This document shows, piece by piece, positions 43,002 to 53,658 of a stretch of 64,000 nt of DNA; the stretch's first letter is position 1, and each line of letters begins with the position of its first letter. The position numbers and the translations under genes are program-made. Origin of the DNA: Longimicrobiales bacterium (GTDB lineage: Bacteria; Gemmatimonadota; Gemmatimonadetes; Longimicrobiales; Gaopeijiaceae); the NCBI GenBank assembly GCA_965116905.1, contig OZ220732.1, positions 1,280,001 to 1,344,000 on the forward strand, read 5' to 3'. The notes below the pieces were generated by a model. It had not been told where the DNA came from, ran no database searches, and was given only the letters and a program-made list of their open reading frames with translations.

Positions 43002-44594
43002 ATGAAAGCCGGGCGACACCGACGCACCACGGCGGATTCCGGGCTGTGGAAGGGGCTGAATCCCGCGATGGCGCTGGCCGCCAAGGGCGTCGTCCTGGCG
43101 TTCGTCGTGGCCACGGTCTGGGACGTGGAGGCGGCGGGCGCCGTCTTCGGCCGCATCCGCGCCTGGATCGAGGGGACGCTCGACTGGTTCTACATCCTGA
43201 CCGTCGCGGCAGCCGTGCTCACCTGCCTGTTTCTGGTATTCAGCCGGTTCGGCCGGATCCGGCTCGGCGACGACGCTTCGCCGCCCGAGTTCAAGACGTC
43301 GTCCTGGATCGCCATGCTGTTTTCGGCCGGCATCGGAATCGGACTGCTGTTCTTCTCCATCGCCGAACCCCTGTTCTACTTCGACAACAGCCAGACCGCG
43401 GGCTACCCCAACAACCCGAGCGCCGACCTCGCGGGCGCCGTGTTGCTCGACGAGCAGCGTGCGGTGCATGCCATGCGGGTCACCTACTTCCATTGGGGCA
43501 TTCACGGTTGGTCCGTGTACGTTCTGGTCGGGCTCTGTCTGGCGTACTTCGGGTTTCGCAAGAAGCTGCCGCTGACGCTGCGCTCGGCCCTGTACCCTCT
43601 CATCGGCGAGCGCATCTACGGCCCGGTCGGCGACCTCGTGGACCTGTTGGCCGTCTTCGGCGGTGTCTTCGGGATCGCGACCTCGCTGGGCCTCGGGGCA
43701 AGCCAGATGGCCACCGGACTCGACGTGCTCTTCGGCGTTGCGCCGGGTGTGGTCACCCAGATCGCCCTCATCGCCGCCATTTCGCTGGCGGCCACCCTGT
43801 CGGCAGTGTCCGGCGTGCGCCGCGGCATCCGCGTCCTGTCCGAATGGAACATCCGCCTGAGCCTTGTCCTGCTGGGATGCTTCCTGCTTCTGGGCCCATT
43901 CGGCTGGCTCGCGGGCTTCGTCGCGTCGTCGCTCGGCGAATACCTGTGGCACCTGGTGCCCATGTCATTCTGGATCGCCGATGACCCGGGGGAAGCCGCC
44001 TGGCAGAACGGCTGGACGATCTTCTACTGGGGGTGGTGGATCTCCTGGGCCCCCTTCGTCGGCACGTTCATCGCGCGCATTTCCCGTGGGCGCACCCTGC
44101 GCGAGTTCATCGTGGGCGTGATGTTCGTCCCGACCGCCCTGGTGCTGCTCTGGTTCGGGATCTTCGGCGGCAACGCCATCCATCTGGAACTCACTGCCGC
44201 GGGCGGCGTCGGAACCGCCGGGGTCATGGAGCTTGTGCGGGCGGCGAACTACGAAGCCGCGCTCTTCGCGACGTTCGACCGGATGAGCGACATCGGCTGG
44301 CTCACCTGGGCCATGTCCGCCATGGCCACCCTCCTGTTGGCGACGTGGTTCGTCACGTCGTCGGACTCCGGCACCCTTGTCATCACCACCTTTCTGAGCA
44401 TGGGCGACGCTCATCCCCCACGGCGGTTCCGCATCGTCTGGGGGCTCGGGGTGGGTGTCGTGGCTGCCGTGCTCCTGCTGGCCGACGGTCTCCAGGCGCT
44501 GCAGACCGCCGCGATCGCCGCCGCCCTGCCCGTGAGCCTCGTGCTGCTGTTCATGATCGCCGGTCTGCTCAAGTCCCTGGCGCGCGAGCGGTGA
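43002..44594 (+). CDS. BCCT family betaine/carnitine/choline transporter
   Basis: SWIAMLFSAGIGIGL, FHWG, WTIFYWGWWISWAPFVG aromatic box, ARISRGRT. Confidence 0.95.
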   Translation: MKAGRHRRTTADSGLWKGLNPAMALAAKGVVLAFVVATVWDVEAAGAVFGRIRAWIEGTLDWFYILTVAAAVLTCLFLVFSRFGRIRLGDDASPPEFKTSSWIAMLFSAGIGIGLLFFSIAEPLFYFDNSQTAGYPNNPSADLAGAVLLDEQRAVHAMRVTYFHWGIHGWSVYVLVGLCLAYFGFRKKLPLTLRSALYPLIGERIYGPVGDLVDLLAVFGGVFGIATSLGLGASQMATGLDVLFGVAPGVVTQIALIAAISLAATLSAVSGVRRGIRVLSEWNIRLSLVLLGCFLLLGPFGWLAGFVASSLGEYLWHLVPMSFWIADDPGEAAWQNGWTIFYWGWWISWAPFVGTFIARISRGRTLREFIVGVMFVPTALVLLWFGIFGGNAIHLELTAAGGVGTAGVMELVRAANYEAALFATFDRMSDIGWLTWAMSAMATLLLATWFVTSSDSGTLVITTFLSMGDAHPPRRFRIVWGLGVGVVAAVLLLADGLQALQTAAIAAALPVSLVLLFMIAGLLKSLARER

Positions 44595-44612
44595 GGCCCC
44601 GCTGCACCGGCG

Positions 44613-46724
44613 CTACCGCACGCTGAACTGAATCCGCAATGTGCGGCCGGGCTGGGGCAGGCCACACTGGTCCAGCACGACGGAGTCGGTGAGATTGGCC
44701 GCCCCCAGGGCGACGTCCACGGTGCGGCCCGATCCCCCGCGCCCGGCCACGAACACCTTCCGGGCCTCAAGGTCGAAGGTGGCGCTGGCGTCCATGCGCT
44801 CCAGACCGGTGACCTCCACGTTCTGGCAGTATTGAACCCCGCGGAACCTGAGGAAGCCACTGACGGTGACCTCCTTCGGGACGATGGCACCCAGATTGAG
44901 CGTCCCGGAAACAGCCGGCGCATACTCCGCTCTGTGATCGCCGCCGGGGACCCCGGGATCACGGATGCGTATCCTTTGCAGGGTGAGGCCGCCGCCGAAG
45001 GTAAAGGCATCGCGGGTTCCCGCCGTGAGCACTTCGAGTCCGGTGGACCGCACCTCGTCGCGGTTGACTCGCTTGAAACGGGGGCCTTCCGTGGTCACCG
45101 TGCTGGTGCGTACGATCCCATCCCTGAGCCTGTGGTGAAAGCCGACCATCTGCAACTGCGTTTCACCGACACTGATTGTGACCCCGGCCTCGCCCGCGAC
45201 CAGGTTCTCGGGTCGCAGCTCGGGATTCGGCTCGAATCGTCCCAGGGCCCCCGAATACAGTTCGCGAAGCGACGGGAACCGCGTGCGCCGGCTCAGCCCC
45301 GCGTGATAGAGCGCGTTGCCGCCCATGCCCGAGCGAGTGATTCCGGTACGCATGCCCCAGTCCCAGAGGGTGCCCAGCGGCGGCTTGTCGCCCGAGCGCG
45401 GCGTGTTGGACCCGTCCACCGAGGTCCCGAGTGTCCAGCGTGTACCACCGCTTCCTCCCTCGCTACCCCCCCCGCCGATCTCCACTTCGCCCCCCAGGCT
45501 CCAGAGACGCTGCTGATAGTCGAAGCTCTCCCCGGACGCGAACGTCTCGGTGTGGCTGACGTTGGCGATGGTCAGCGCGCTCCGAACGTCGGCCCCGATA
45601 TCGAACAGGTGGTCTCCCAGGATACGTCCCGTCAGGGTCGAGGTCTCGCCCTTCTCGCCGTCCACGACGGTCCGATATGCCGCGGTGGCGTACTCGTCGA
45701 TCTCGGTGGTCGACCGGTTCATCCCCAGGCTGGCCTGGAGATCACCTTCACCGGAGCTCGTGCTCCGCCTGCCCGTGCCCCCCGACAGCGTCAGAAACAG
45801 GCGCGACTGGTGAGGGTAGCGCCAGAGTCGAGGGTCCTCGACATGCGCTTCCGGAGGCACTCCGCGCTCGATCCCCGAGGCGCTTGCGAGCGTCGAGAAC
45901 CAGGCACCGCCCTCTCCGCGGTAGCGCGTGGAAAAAAAGCCGTCGATCAGCTGCCGGTCGGAATTGAGGCGCCGCCCCTCGTCGTCGGCCAGCAGCGCGT
46001 GGTTCAGATTGCCATCCTCCCCGGCGCTGCCAGGGACCGTCACGCCGGGGCTGTCCCGATAGGCGCCACCGCCGCGCACGGTCCATGTGGAGGCGTCTCG
46101 CTCGATCATTGCGCCTGCCGTTGCGCTCGCGTTGGTCCCGCCTGCCTCGTCGACCGACACCGCCCCTACGAACGGTGGAACCGGCCCTTCGAGCGACGTT
46201 CCCCTCCCGATGTCGAATTCGATGGCTCCGCCGAGAACGTTGGGTCCGTGGAGCATCGAGGAGAGTCCGCGCAGAAGCGTGACGTTGCGGAACGCCGTGA
46301 GCGGGATGACCGACATGTCGGTTCGGTGGTCCCACCCCACGGTCAGGGGGATGCCGTCGAGCAGGATCGCGATCTGGCGGTCTTCCGCGCCGCGCATGTC
46401 GGGCTGCGCCTCGCCGCGAGAGTTGGCCCGCACCTGAATCATGGGCATCCTGCGCAGGAAGTCCTCCATGGTCGGTGCGGCGAGTACGCCGGCCGAGTCG
46501 AGCGAGATCTCGACGGCGCTGGTGCCCCCGGTCGTGGTCGACGGACGCGGAACCTCAACCCTCAGGCCGCGCACTTCCATGACGAGGGTGTCGGTGGCGA
46601 CCGACGTCGTGTCCTGCGCCGCCGCCCCGGTCGCCATTCCGACCGCAAACAGGGCCAGAACGGCGGTGATCGGCCGAGTTTCGAGACGGCGGATTCCGGC
46701 TCGCCGCGCACGGCCATCGATCAT
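44613..46724 (-). CDS. TonB-dependent receptor
   Basis: Plug domain (LLDGIP, HGPNVLGGAI), NPELRPE, C-terminal PGRT beta-strand. Confidence 0.88.
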   Translation of the reverse strand: MIDGRARRAGIRRLETRPITAVLALFAVGMATGAAAQDTTSVATDTLVMEVRGLRVEVPRPSTTTGGTSAVEISLDSAGVLAAPTMEDFLRRMPMIQVRANSRGEAQPDMRGAEDRQIAILLDGIPLTVGWDHRTDMSVIPLTAFRNVTLLRGLSSMLHGPNVLGGAIEFDIGRGTSLEGPVPPFVGAVSVDEAGGTNASATAGAMIERDASTWTVRGGGAYRDSPGVTVPGSAGEDGNLNHALLADDEGRRLNSDRQLIDGFFSTRYRGEGGAWFSTLASASGIERGVPPEAHVEDPRLWRYPHQSRLFLTLSGGTGRRSTSSGEGDLQASLGMNRSTTEIDEYATAAYRTVVDGEKGETSTLTGRILGDHLFDIGADVRSALTIANVSHTETFASGESFDYQQRLWSLGGEVEIGGGGSEGGSGGTRWTLGTSVDGSNTPRSGDKPPLGTLWDWGMRTGITRSGMGGNALYHAGLSRRTRFPSLRELYSGALGRFEPNPELRPENLVAGEAGVTISVGETQLQMVGFHHRLRDGIVRTSTVTTEGPRFKRVNRDEVRSTGLEVLTAGTRDAFTFGGGLTLQRIRIRDPGVPGGDHRAEYAPAVSGTLNLGAIVPKEVTVSGFLRFRGVQYCQNVEVTGLERMDASATFDLEARKVFVAGRGGSGRTVDVALGAANLTDSVVLDQCGLPQPGRTLRIQFSVR

Positions 46725-46734
46725 GTGTGGCGGT

Positions 46735-48765
46735 TCATCCCTTCTGGAGATACTGACTTCGAATGGCGTCGCACACAGCTTCCACCGTGATTCCGTAGTG
46801 GCGGTAGATTTCCTGGAAAGGGGCCGAAGCGCCAAAGCGGTCGATACCGATTGCAGTGCCTTTTGCTCCCACCCAACGCTCCCATCCCATCGTGGTGCCG
46901 GCCTCGACCGATACCCTCAGTACGTCGTTCGGGAGGATCTGTTCCTGGTAACCGGCCGATTGTGCCGCGAACAGGTGCCAACTTGGCATACTCACGACCC
47001 GCACGCCGATGCTTTCGTTGACGAGGTGCGCCCGTGCCTCGAGGGCAATCGCGACTTCGGATCCGGATGCGACCACCACGGCGTCAAGGCCCGTTCCGGC
47101 GGGCGCATCTCGCAGCACGTAGGCTCCGCGGTGGAGCTGGTCGGCCGAGGGCCCTGCCTCTCCCCTGTCGATCACGGGCACGGTCTGGCGGGTCAGGGCG
47201 AGGAACGACGGCCCCTCGCGATAGGTGAGCGCCGCGCGCCATGCCTCGGCGGTCTCGGGGCCGTCCGCGGGACGGAGGTCCAGGAGGCCGGGGATGGCCC
47301 GGAGCGCGGCGAGCTGCTCTATGGGCTGGTGCGTCGGCCCGTCCTCGCCCAGGCCGATGCTGTCGTGCGTGAACACATAGGTGACCGGAAGCCCCATCAG
47401 TGCGGCAAGCCGAATCGACGGCCGCATGTAGTCCGAGAAGATGAGGAAGGTGCCACCGAAGGGATGGATGCCACCGTGCAGCGCCATGCCGTTCATGACC
47501 GCCCCCATCGCATGCTCGCGCACGCCGAAGTGCACGATCCTCCCGCCGGGATTGTCGCGGAGCAGATCCCCGCTTCCGACGATATCGGTCTTGTTCGAAC
47601 CGCCCAGATCCGCGGAACCGCCGAGCATCGTCGGCAAGGCACTCGCGGCGCCCTGCAGGACCTTGCCCGAGTGGTTCCGGGTGGCGGTCGGCGGCGCCGA
47701 GGACAGGTCCGGCAGCGCATCGTCCCAACCGTCGGGCAGTTCACCCGCCATGACGGCCTCGAACTCGGCCGCAAGCTCCGGGAAGGCGGTGCGGTACGCC
47801 TCAAATCGCCGCTTCCATGCCTCCTGGTGCGCGGCCCCGGCGGCCGCCGCTCCGCGCCAATGCTCCAGGGCGGCGGGCTCCACGTGGAAGGGCTCGTGCG
47901 ACGGATACCCGATGTTGCGCTTGGTCGCCTCGATCTCGTCCTGCCCGAGCGGTGCCCCGTGGGTGGCCGCGGTGCCCGCCATGTTGGGACTTCCTTCCGC
48001 GATGGTCGTCCGCAGGACGATCAGCGACGGACGCTCGACCTCGGCCCTGGCGGCCAGGAGGGCCGCGTCGATGGCTTCGAGATCGGTTCCGTCGTCCACC
48101 GCAAGCGTGTGCCAGCCGTACCCCCGGAAGCGTTGGGACTGATCCGTCGCGGTGGCCAGATCGGTCGCGCCCTCGATCGTGATTCGGTTGTCGTCGAAGA
48201 TCCATGTCAGCTTGGCGAGCCCCTGGTGTCCGGCGATCTCCGCGGCCTCGTGGGAAATCCCCTCCATGAGGTCGCCGTCGGAACAGAGCGCATAGGTCCG
48301 GTGACCCACGACGTCGTGGCCGGACCGGTTGTAGCGATTCGCCAGCCAGCGTTCCGCCAGCGCCATGCCGACCGAATTGGCGACGCCCTGGCCCAGGGGT
48401 CCGGTCGTGGTTTCGACGCCCGGCGTGTGGCCGTACTCCGGGTGGCCCGGCGTCTTGCTGCCCCACTGCCGGAACCGCCTGATGTCGTCCAGCGTGAGAT
48501 CGTACCCGGTGAGGTACAGGAGGCTGTAGATGAGCATGGACGCGTGGCCGGCCGAGAGAACGAACCGGTCGCGGTCGATCCAGCCCGGGTCGCGGGGGTT
48601 GTGCCGCAGGTGCCGGGTCCAGAGCGCATAGCCGACGGGCGCAAGCGCCATGGGCGTGCCGGGATGCCCGGAGTTGGCCTCCTGGACTGCGTCCATGGCC
48701 AGTGTCTTGACGGTGTCGATTGCAAGCTGCTCGATGGTCGTGGACGTGCCCGCGGCCAGGGGCAT
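46735..48765 (-). CDS. tkt: transketolase
   Basis: [39 protein letters not shown]. Confidence 0.97.
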   Translation of the reverse strand: MPLAAGTSTTIEQLAIDTVKTLAMDAVQEANSGHPGTPMALAPVGYALWTRHLRHNPRDPGWIDRDRFVLSAGHASMLIYSLLYLTGYDLTLDDIRRFRQWGSKTPGHPEYGHTPGVETTTGPLGQGVANSVGMALAERWLANRYNRSGHDVVGHRTYALCSDGDLMEGISHEAAEIAGHQGLAKLTWIFDDNRITIEGATDLATATDQSQRFRGYGWHTLAVDDGTDLEAIDAALLAARAEVERPSLIVLRTTIAEGSPNMAGTAATHGAPLGQDEIEATKRNIGYPSHEPFHVEPAALEHWRGAAAAGAAHQEAWKRRFEAYRTAFPELAAEFEAVMAGELPDGWDDALPDLSSAPPTATRNHSGKVLQGAASALPTMLGGSADLGGSNKTDIVGSGDLLRDNPGGRIVHFGVREHAMGAVMNGMALHGGIHPFGGTFLIFSDYMRPSIRLAALMGLPVTYVFTHDSIGLGEDGPTHQPIEQLAALRAIPGLLDLRPADGPETAEAWRAALTYREGPSFLALTRQTVPVIDRGEAGPSADQLHRGAYVLRDAPAGTGLDAVVVASGSEVAIALEARAHLVNESIGVRVVSMPSWHLFAAQSAGYQEQILPNDVLRVSVEAGTTMGWERWVGAKGTAIGIDRFGASAPFQEIYRHYGITVEAVCDAIRSQYLQKG

Positions 48766-48799
48766 GGCTCAGCCTCGCTTCCTGTTGGTCACTGGTTGG

Positions 48800-51325
48800 T
48801 CACTGGACTCTGGCGGTTTCCCTCGCGACGACGAAGTTCAGGAGGCGATCCTTGACGTGGATGATGCGCCGGACATCCATCCCCTCCAGATGGCGTGCCA
48901 CATTTTCTTCCGCGCGGGCGAGGGCTGCGACGCCCTCGCGGTCGGCGCCCGCCGGCGCGGCGACCGTGCCGCGCACCTTGCCGTTCACCTGCACCGCGAT
49001 GCGGACCTGCTGCTCGACCGCCTTTTCGGGATCGAACGCGGGCCAGTTCGCGCCGGCGAAGATGCTCTCGCGGTGCCCCAGCCGTTGCCACAGCTCCTCG
49101 GCCATGTGGGGCGCGAAGGGCGCGATCAGGGGCACCAGAGGCTCGACCTCGGCCCGGCAGGGCGTCCTGCCGCCGGCCCGCGCCGCGTTCAGGTATTCCA
49201 TCATGGCGGCGATCGCCGTGTTGTAGCGCAGTTCGGCGATTTGCCGCGTGGTCTGCTTGATCGTGCGGTGCAGCTTCCGTTCCAGAGCCGCGTCGGGAGC
49301 GCCTTCGCGCAGTTCGCCATCGCGCGGCACGACGGACTCCCAGAGCCGGTGGAGGAAGCCGTGCGGGCCGGAGATGCCCCGGTCCTGGTAGTCCCCGCCC
49401 GCCATGAAGGGGCCGAGGAACATGAGGTAGAGGCGGAAGGTGTCGGCGCCGTACCGCTCGATGATCGGGTCGGGTACGATGACGTTGCCCTTGCTCTTGG
49501 ACATCTTCGCGCCCTCCCGGATGATCAGCCCGTGGGCGCGGAACTGGTCGTAGGGTTCCTCGAAATCGAGCCAGCCCATGTCGTGCAGGGCCATGATGGC
49601 GAAGCGGGAATAGAGCAGATGGAGCACGGCGTGCTCGTTTCCGCCGATGTAGGTGTCGACGGGGAGCCAACGCCGGGTGATGTCGGGGTCGAAGGGCCGG
49701 TCGTCGAAGTCGGTGGACGGGTAGCGGAGGAAGTACCACGCGCTGTCCAGGAAGGTGTCCGACACGTCGGTCTCGCGCGTGGCGTCCCGCCCGCACTTCG
49801 GGCACGGCACTTCGTACCAGTCGCGCACCCTCGCCAGCGGACTGACGCCCGACTCGTCCGGACGGAAATCCTCCACTCTCGGGAGCAGGACGGGAAGATC
49901 CTCTTCGGGGACGGGCACGGCTCCGCAGTCGTCGCAGTGAATGATCGGGATGGGCGGGCCCCAGTACCGCTGGCGCGAGATGCACCAGTCGTGCAGGCGG
50001 TAGTTGACCTGGGCCTCGGCGAGCCCACGGGCCGCCAGGTCCTCCGTAATCGCCCCCTTCGCCTCGGAGGGCCGCAGTCCGTCGTAGCGGCCCGAGTTCA
50101 CCAGCGTGCCGCGCGGGAACTCGTACGCGATTTCGAGCGGGGTATCGGCGTCGTGTCCGTCGTCGGCGACGACCCGGACGATGGGAAGACCGTATTCGGT
50201 CGCGAAATCGAAGTCGCGCTCGTCGTGCCCCGGAACCGCCATGATGGCGCCGGTCCCGTATCCCATCAGCACGTAGTCGGCGATCCACACCGGTACCGGC
50301 TTGCCGGTCGCCGGATTGAGGCAGTAGCCCCCCGTGAACACCCCCGTCTTGTGCTTCTCGATCTTCTGCCGCGCCACGAGGTCCATCGCCCTGGTGCGCG
50401 ACCGGTAGGCGTTCACGCGCTCCCGGCAATCGTCCGAGGTGACCGAATCCACCATCGGGTGCTCGGGGGCCAGAACCATGTAGGTGGCGCCGAACACCGT
50501 ATCCGGGCGCGTGGTGAACACGGGGATCAGGGGCCGCTCACCGCCGTCGCCGTCGGTATCGCCGTCCGCACCGCCGTCGCCCTCGCCCCCGCCCAGGACG
50601 GGGAACCGGAGTTCCGCGCCCTGCGACCGGCGGATCCAGGCCCGCTGGGCCTTGCGCGTGGTATCGGACCAGTCCAGGCCGGGGAGGTTGTCCAGCAGGC
50701 GCCCCGCATACTCGGTGATTTTCAGGAACCACTGACGGATGAAGCGCTGCTCAACCGGGGTGCCGCACCGTTCGCACGCCCCTACGACGACCTGTTCGTT
50801 GGCCAGGACCGTCATGTCCGAAGGGCACCAGTTGACCGGCGCCTCCTTCTGCTCGGCGAGACCGTGCTTGAAGAACTGCAGAAAGAGCCACTGAGTCCAC
50901 TTGTAGTACTCCGGGGCGGTCGTGTCGACGGTGTGACGCCAATCGAACATTCCGCCCATTCGCCGGAGCTGGCGGGTGAAGTTGGCCACGTTCGCCGGAA
51001 TGAGGTCCATGGGATGGATGCCCGCCTTCAGGGCGAAGTTCTCCGAGTGGATTCCGAACGCGTCGAAGCCGATCGGCTCGAACACGTCGTGACCCTGCAG
51101 GCGCTTGAAGCGTCCGTGCACGTCCGCGCCGGTGAAGGCGTAGATATTTCCGACATGCAGCCCCTCGGCCGAGGGATACGGGAACATCATCAGGTTGAAA
51201 AACGGCCGCTCCGCGTTGCGCAGTTGCTCCAGGGTAAGGGAGTTGGTTCCGTCGCGATCCCATTTGGCCTGCCACCTGCTCTCGAGGGTGGCCGGATCGT
51301 ATGTCCTGTCGGCTTCCGTGGACAT
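48800..51325 (-). CDS. leuS: leucine--tRNA ligase
   Basis: MFPYPS, HIGH variant HVGN, CP1 editing domain (FTTRPDT, GTGAIMAVPGHDERD), KMSKS, QVNGK. Confidence 0.97.
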   Translation of the reverse strand: MSTEADRTYDPATLESRWQAKWDRDGTNSLTLEQLRNAERPFFNLMMFPYPSAEGLHVGNIYAFTGADVHGRFKRLQGHDVFEPIGFDAFGIHSENFALKAGIHPMDLIPANVANFTRQLRRMGGMFDWRHTVDTTAPEYYKWTQWLFLQFFKHGLAEQKEAPVNWCPSDMTVLANEQVVVGACERCGTPVEQRFIRQWFLKITEYAGRLLDNLPGLDWSDTTRKAQRAWIRRSQGAELRFPVLGGGEGDGGADGDTDGDGGERPLIPVFTTRPDTVFGATYMVLAPEHPMVDSVTSDDCRERVNAYRSRTRAMDLVARQKIEKHKTGVFTGGYCLNPATGKPVPVWIADYVLMGYGTGAIMAVPGHDERDFDFATEYGLPIVRVVADDGHDADTPLEIAYEFPRGTLVNSGRYDGLRPSEAKGAITEDLAARGLAEAQVNYRLHDWCISRQRYWGPPIPIIHCDDCGAVPVPEEDLPVLLPRVEDFRPDESGVSPLARVRDWYEVPCPKCGRDATRETDVSDTFLDSAWYFLRYPSTDFDDRPFDPDITRRWLPVDTYIGGNEHAVLHLLYSRFAIMALHDMGWLDFEEPYDQFRAHGLIIREGAKMSKSKGNVIVPDPIIERYGADTFRLYLMFLGPFMAGGDYQDRGISGPHGFLHRLWESVVPRDGELREGAPDAALERKLHRTIKQTTRQIAELRYNTAIAAMMEYLNAARAGGRTPCRAEVEPLVPLIAPFAPHMAEELWQRLGHRESIFAGANWPAFDPEKAVEQQVRIAVQVNGKVRGTVAAPAGADREGVAALARAEENVARHLEGMDVRRIIHVKDRLLNFVVARETARVQ

Positions 51326-51431
51326 CTGTCGCTGCGGTCGGAGGGTTACGTTGCCTGGTATGGGGCCCAACCCTCAAAACTAACAGCACGCGCGGCATTT
51401 GCAGTCCGCGTTCCGCTCGCCGGGACCTGCG

Positions 51432-52568
51432 TCAGCCGACCGGCTCCCGGGTGCTGCCTTCGGGCAACAGTTCGAAGGGATCGGCGACCGTGGATACTCC
51501 GCTCCCGAGTTCCTCGATCGCCTGCCTGAGCGAGCCGTTGCTTCGGTCGGTCAGCGCTTCGAAATCCGGGAGGCGATGGTAGTAGCGCATTCGGCTGAGG
51601 AGCGTTGCGTTGTTCAGCGGGGTGGCTTCGAAGCCCGAGAAGGTAAGCGCCCTCAAATGGGGACGAACCTCGTCGCGGAAGAGTCGCATGTGCCGATCGA
51701 ACACCGCCTCGCGCCGGCCGAGGCTTTCAGGGGTGGCGGCGGCCGTGTCGCCATACACCGCCTCGAGTTCGGCCACGAGGCCGTCGATGAACACCGAGAA
51801 CCGCATCACGTCCTGCCACCGGTCGCGGGCGCGGTTGCACCACACCGTGTCCGGGCCCCCACCCGGACGCGTGCAGAAGAACTCGGCCGCGCCCGTCCTT
51901 CCCACCCAGGTGGCGAAGCTCTCGTTGAAGCGCACCTGGCCGGGCACGAAGAGGTGGTTGTGGGAAAGCTCGTGGATGACCGTCGTCACGAGTTCCACCT
52001 CGTCATACCGCACGATTGTCGAGAGCAGAGGATCGGAGAACCAACCCAGGGTGCTGAAGGCGGCCGTGGGCCGAAGGTAGGTGTCGAATCCCTCGTCCTC
52101 GAGCTTCCGCTGTTCAGCGAGCGCGTCGTCGAGCGAAAAGAACCCCCGGTAGGGGACGTGACCCACCACGGGGAACCACCAGGTCCGTGACTGAAGCCTG
52201 TCCCGGTATGCGGCGGACAGGACCATCGCGAGGGTGTCGCTTTCGACTTCGCTGTAGGTGGTGTAGCTGTCGCCGACGTCGAGCGCCAGCACGTTCATGG
52301 CGAACTCGCGGGCTTCCCGTACGAGCGTGAGCTTGCCCCTGGTGCGCTCGTCCGTGGTCGGGGCCAGAATCACCTCGGGAATCGGCTGGCGCGCGCGCAG
52401 AATCTTCGCCTCCGCCCAACCCGCCTTGATCACGTACACCGGCGAGCAGGCGGTGCCCAGCCAGAGCACCGCGGCCACCATGACGAGTCCGCCAACGGCC
52501 GCGAGCCGCCTCGCCCGCGGCCGTCTGCGCACTCGCTTCACGCCACTGCCCTTCACGCCGCCCGCCAC
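51432..52568 (-). CDS. zinc aminopeptidase-like lipoprotein (DUF2265-like)
   Basis: WWFPVVG.VPYRGFF, STLGWFSDP, HELSH...FNESFA. Confidence 0.85.
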   Translation of the reverse strand: MAGGVKGSGVKRVRRRPRARRLAAVGGLVMVAAVLWLGTACSPVYVIKAGWAEAKILRARQPIPEVILAPTTDERTRGKLTLVREAREFAMNVLALDVGDSYTTYSEVESDTLAMVLSAAYRDRLQSRTWWFPVVGHVPYRGFFSLDDALAEQRKLEDEGFDTYLRPTAAFSTLGWFSDPLLSTIVRYDEVELVTTVIHELSHNHLFVPGQVRFNESFATWVGRTGAAEFFCTRPGGGPDTVWCNRARDRWQDVMRFSVFIDGLVAELEAVYGDTAAATPESLGRREAVFDRHMRLFRDEVRPHLRALTFSGFEATPLNNATLLSRMRYYHRLPDFEALTDRSNGSLRQAIEELGSGVSTVADPFELLPEGSTREPVG

Positions 52569-52578
52569 GACCGGAGCG

Positions 52579-53466
52579 CTACCTTCCGCCGCCCAGGTTC
52601 CGGATCAGCGGGATTCCGCCCTCGGTGGGCACGTACACCAGCGACCCCTCGGGCATCTGCGCCAGCTGCTGGATGTAAAAGAAGGTCAGGTATTCCTGCG
52701 ACAGCCCCTCGGTGATGATCTGCTGGGCTTCCGCGATTCCCTTGGCCTCTTCGGCCTGCTGGCGCGCCTGCTCCTGAATGATCTGCGTCTGGAACTCCTC
52801 GGCGGCGACCTGCTGCTCGCGCTCCAGCTTCTGCTCGATCGCCTCGCGTACCCTCGGCGGCGCCTGGATGTCGCGCACGAAGACGTCCACGACCTCGATC
52901 CGGTCGCCGGCCTTGGCCTGGATCTCCTCCTTCATGCTGTTCGCCACCTCGCGGCGGTTGGGGGAGAAGATCTCATTGATGGACTTGGTGGCGACCGCGT
53001 CACGGACGCCGTTGCGGACCGCGTTGAGCACGATGCTGCGCTTGATCTGGTTTTCGGACCCGATACGCTGATAGAGGTCGGGGGCGTTGCCGCCGTTGAT
53101 CTCGAACAGGATCGACACCTCGAGCGCGACGTTGAGCTGCTCCGAGGTCTGGGCCTCGATCTGCTCCACGCCGCCCTGGGCCGGGAAGGACTGCTCGCGG
53201 ATGGACATCCGTTCCACGGAGGCGAAGGGATTGACGACGTGCAGGCCCTGTTCCAGAGACTCGGGATCGACGCTGCCGAGGAAGTGCTTGACGCCCACTT
53301 CGCCGACGCGGATCATCACGACGGCGTTGAGGAACGTGAGGCCGACCCCCACGAACATGATGACGTATCCGGCCAGCTTGGTCGGGACCTTCCCGCCGTC
53401 GCTCGGGAGGGATCGGACGATGGCCCCGATGGCGATCAGGACGATGGCGATGGCTGCGAAACCCAT
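52579..53466 (-). CDS. prohibitin/SPFH (band 7) protein
   Basis: N-terminal TM helices, GEVGV, GLHVVNPF, AIEQK, EAKGIAEA coiled coil. Confidence 0.9.
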   Translation of the reverse strand: MGFAAIAIVLIAIGAIVRSLPSDGGKVPTKLAGYVIMFVGVGLTFLNAVVMIRVGEVGVKHFLGSVDPESLEQGLHVVNPFASVERMSIREQSFPAQGGVEQIEAQTSEQLNVALEVSILFEINGGNAPDLYQRIGSENQIKRSIVLNAVRNGVRDAVATKSINEIFSPNRREVANSMKEEIQAKAGDRIEVVDVFVRDIQAPPRVREAIEQKLEREQQVAAEEFQTQIIQEQARQQAEEAKGIAEAQQIITEGLSQEYLTFFYIQQLAQMPEGSLVYVPTEGGIPLIRNLGGGR

Positions 53467-53658
53467 TTTGATGTTCCTTTCATGGAATGGTTGGACGGGT
53501 ATCCGGTTGTTTTTCCCTTACATGAATATGTGTGTTTCCACTACGTGTCGCGCCGGGCGAGCCGTCACCGGAATCGGCGCGGGGCACCGGTCGGAGGCAC
53601 CGGGGGTTGCCGCGCGGCGCCTCTCAATCACGCGGACACGATCCGGGGAGGTCATTCA

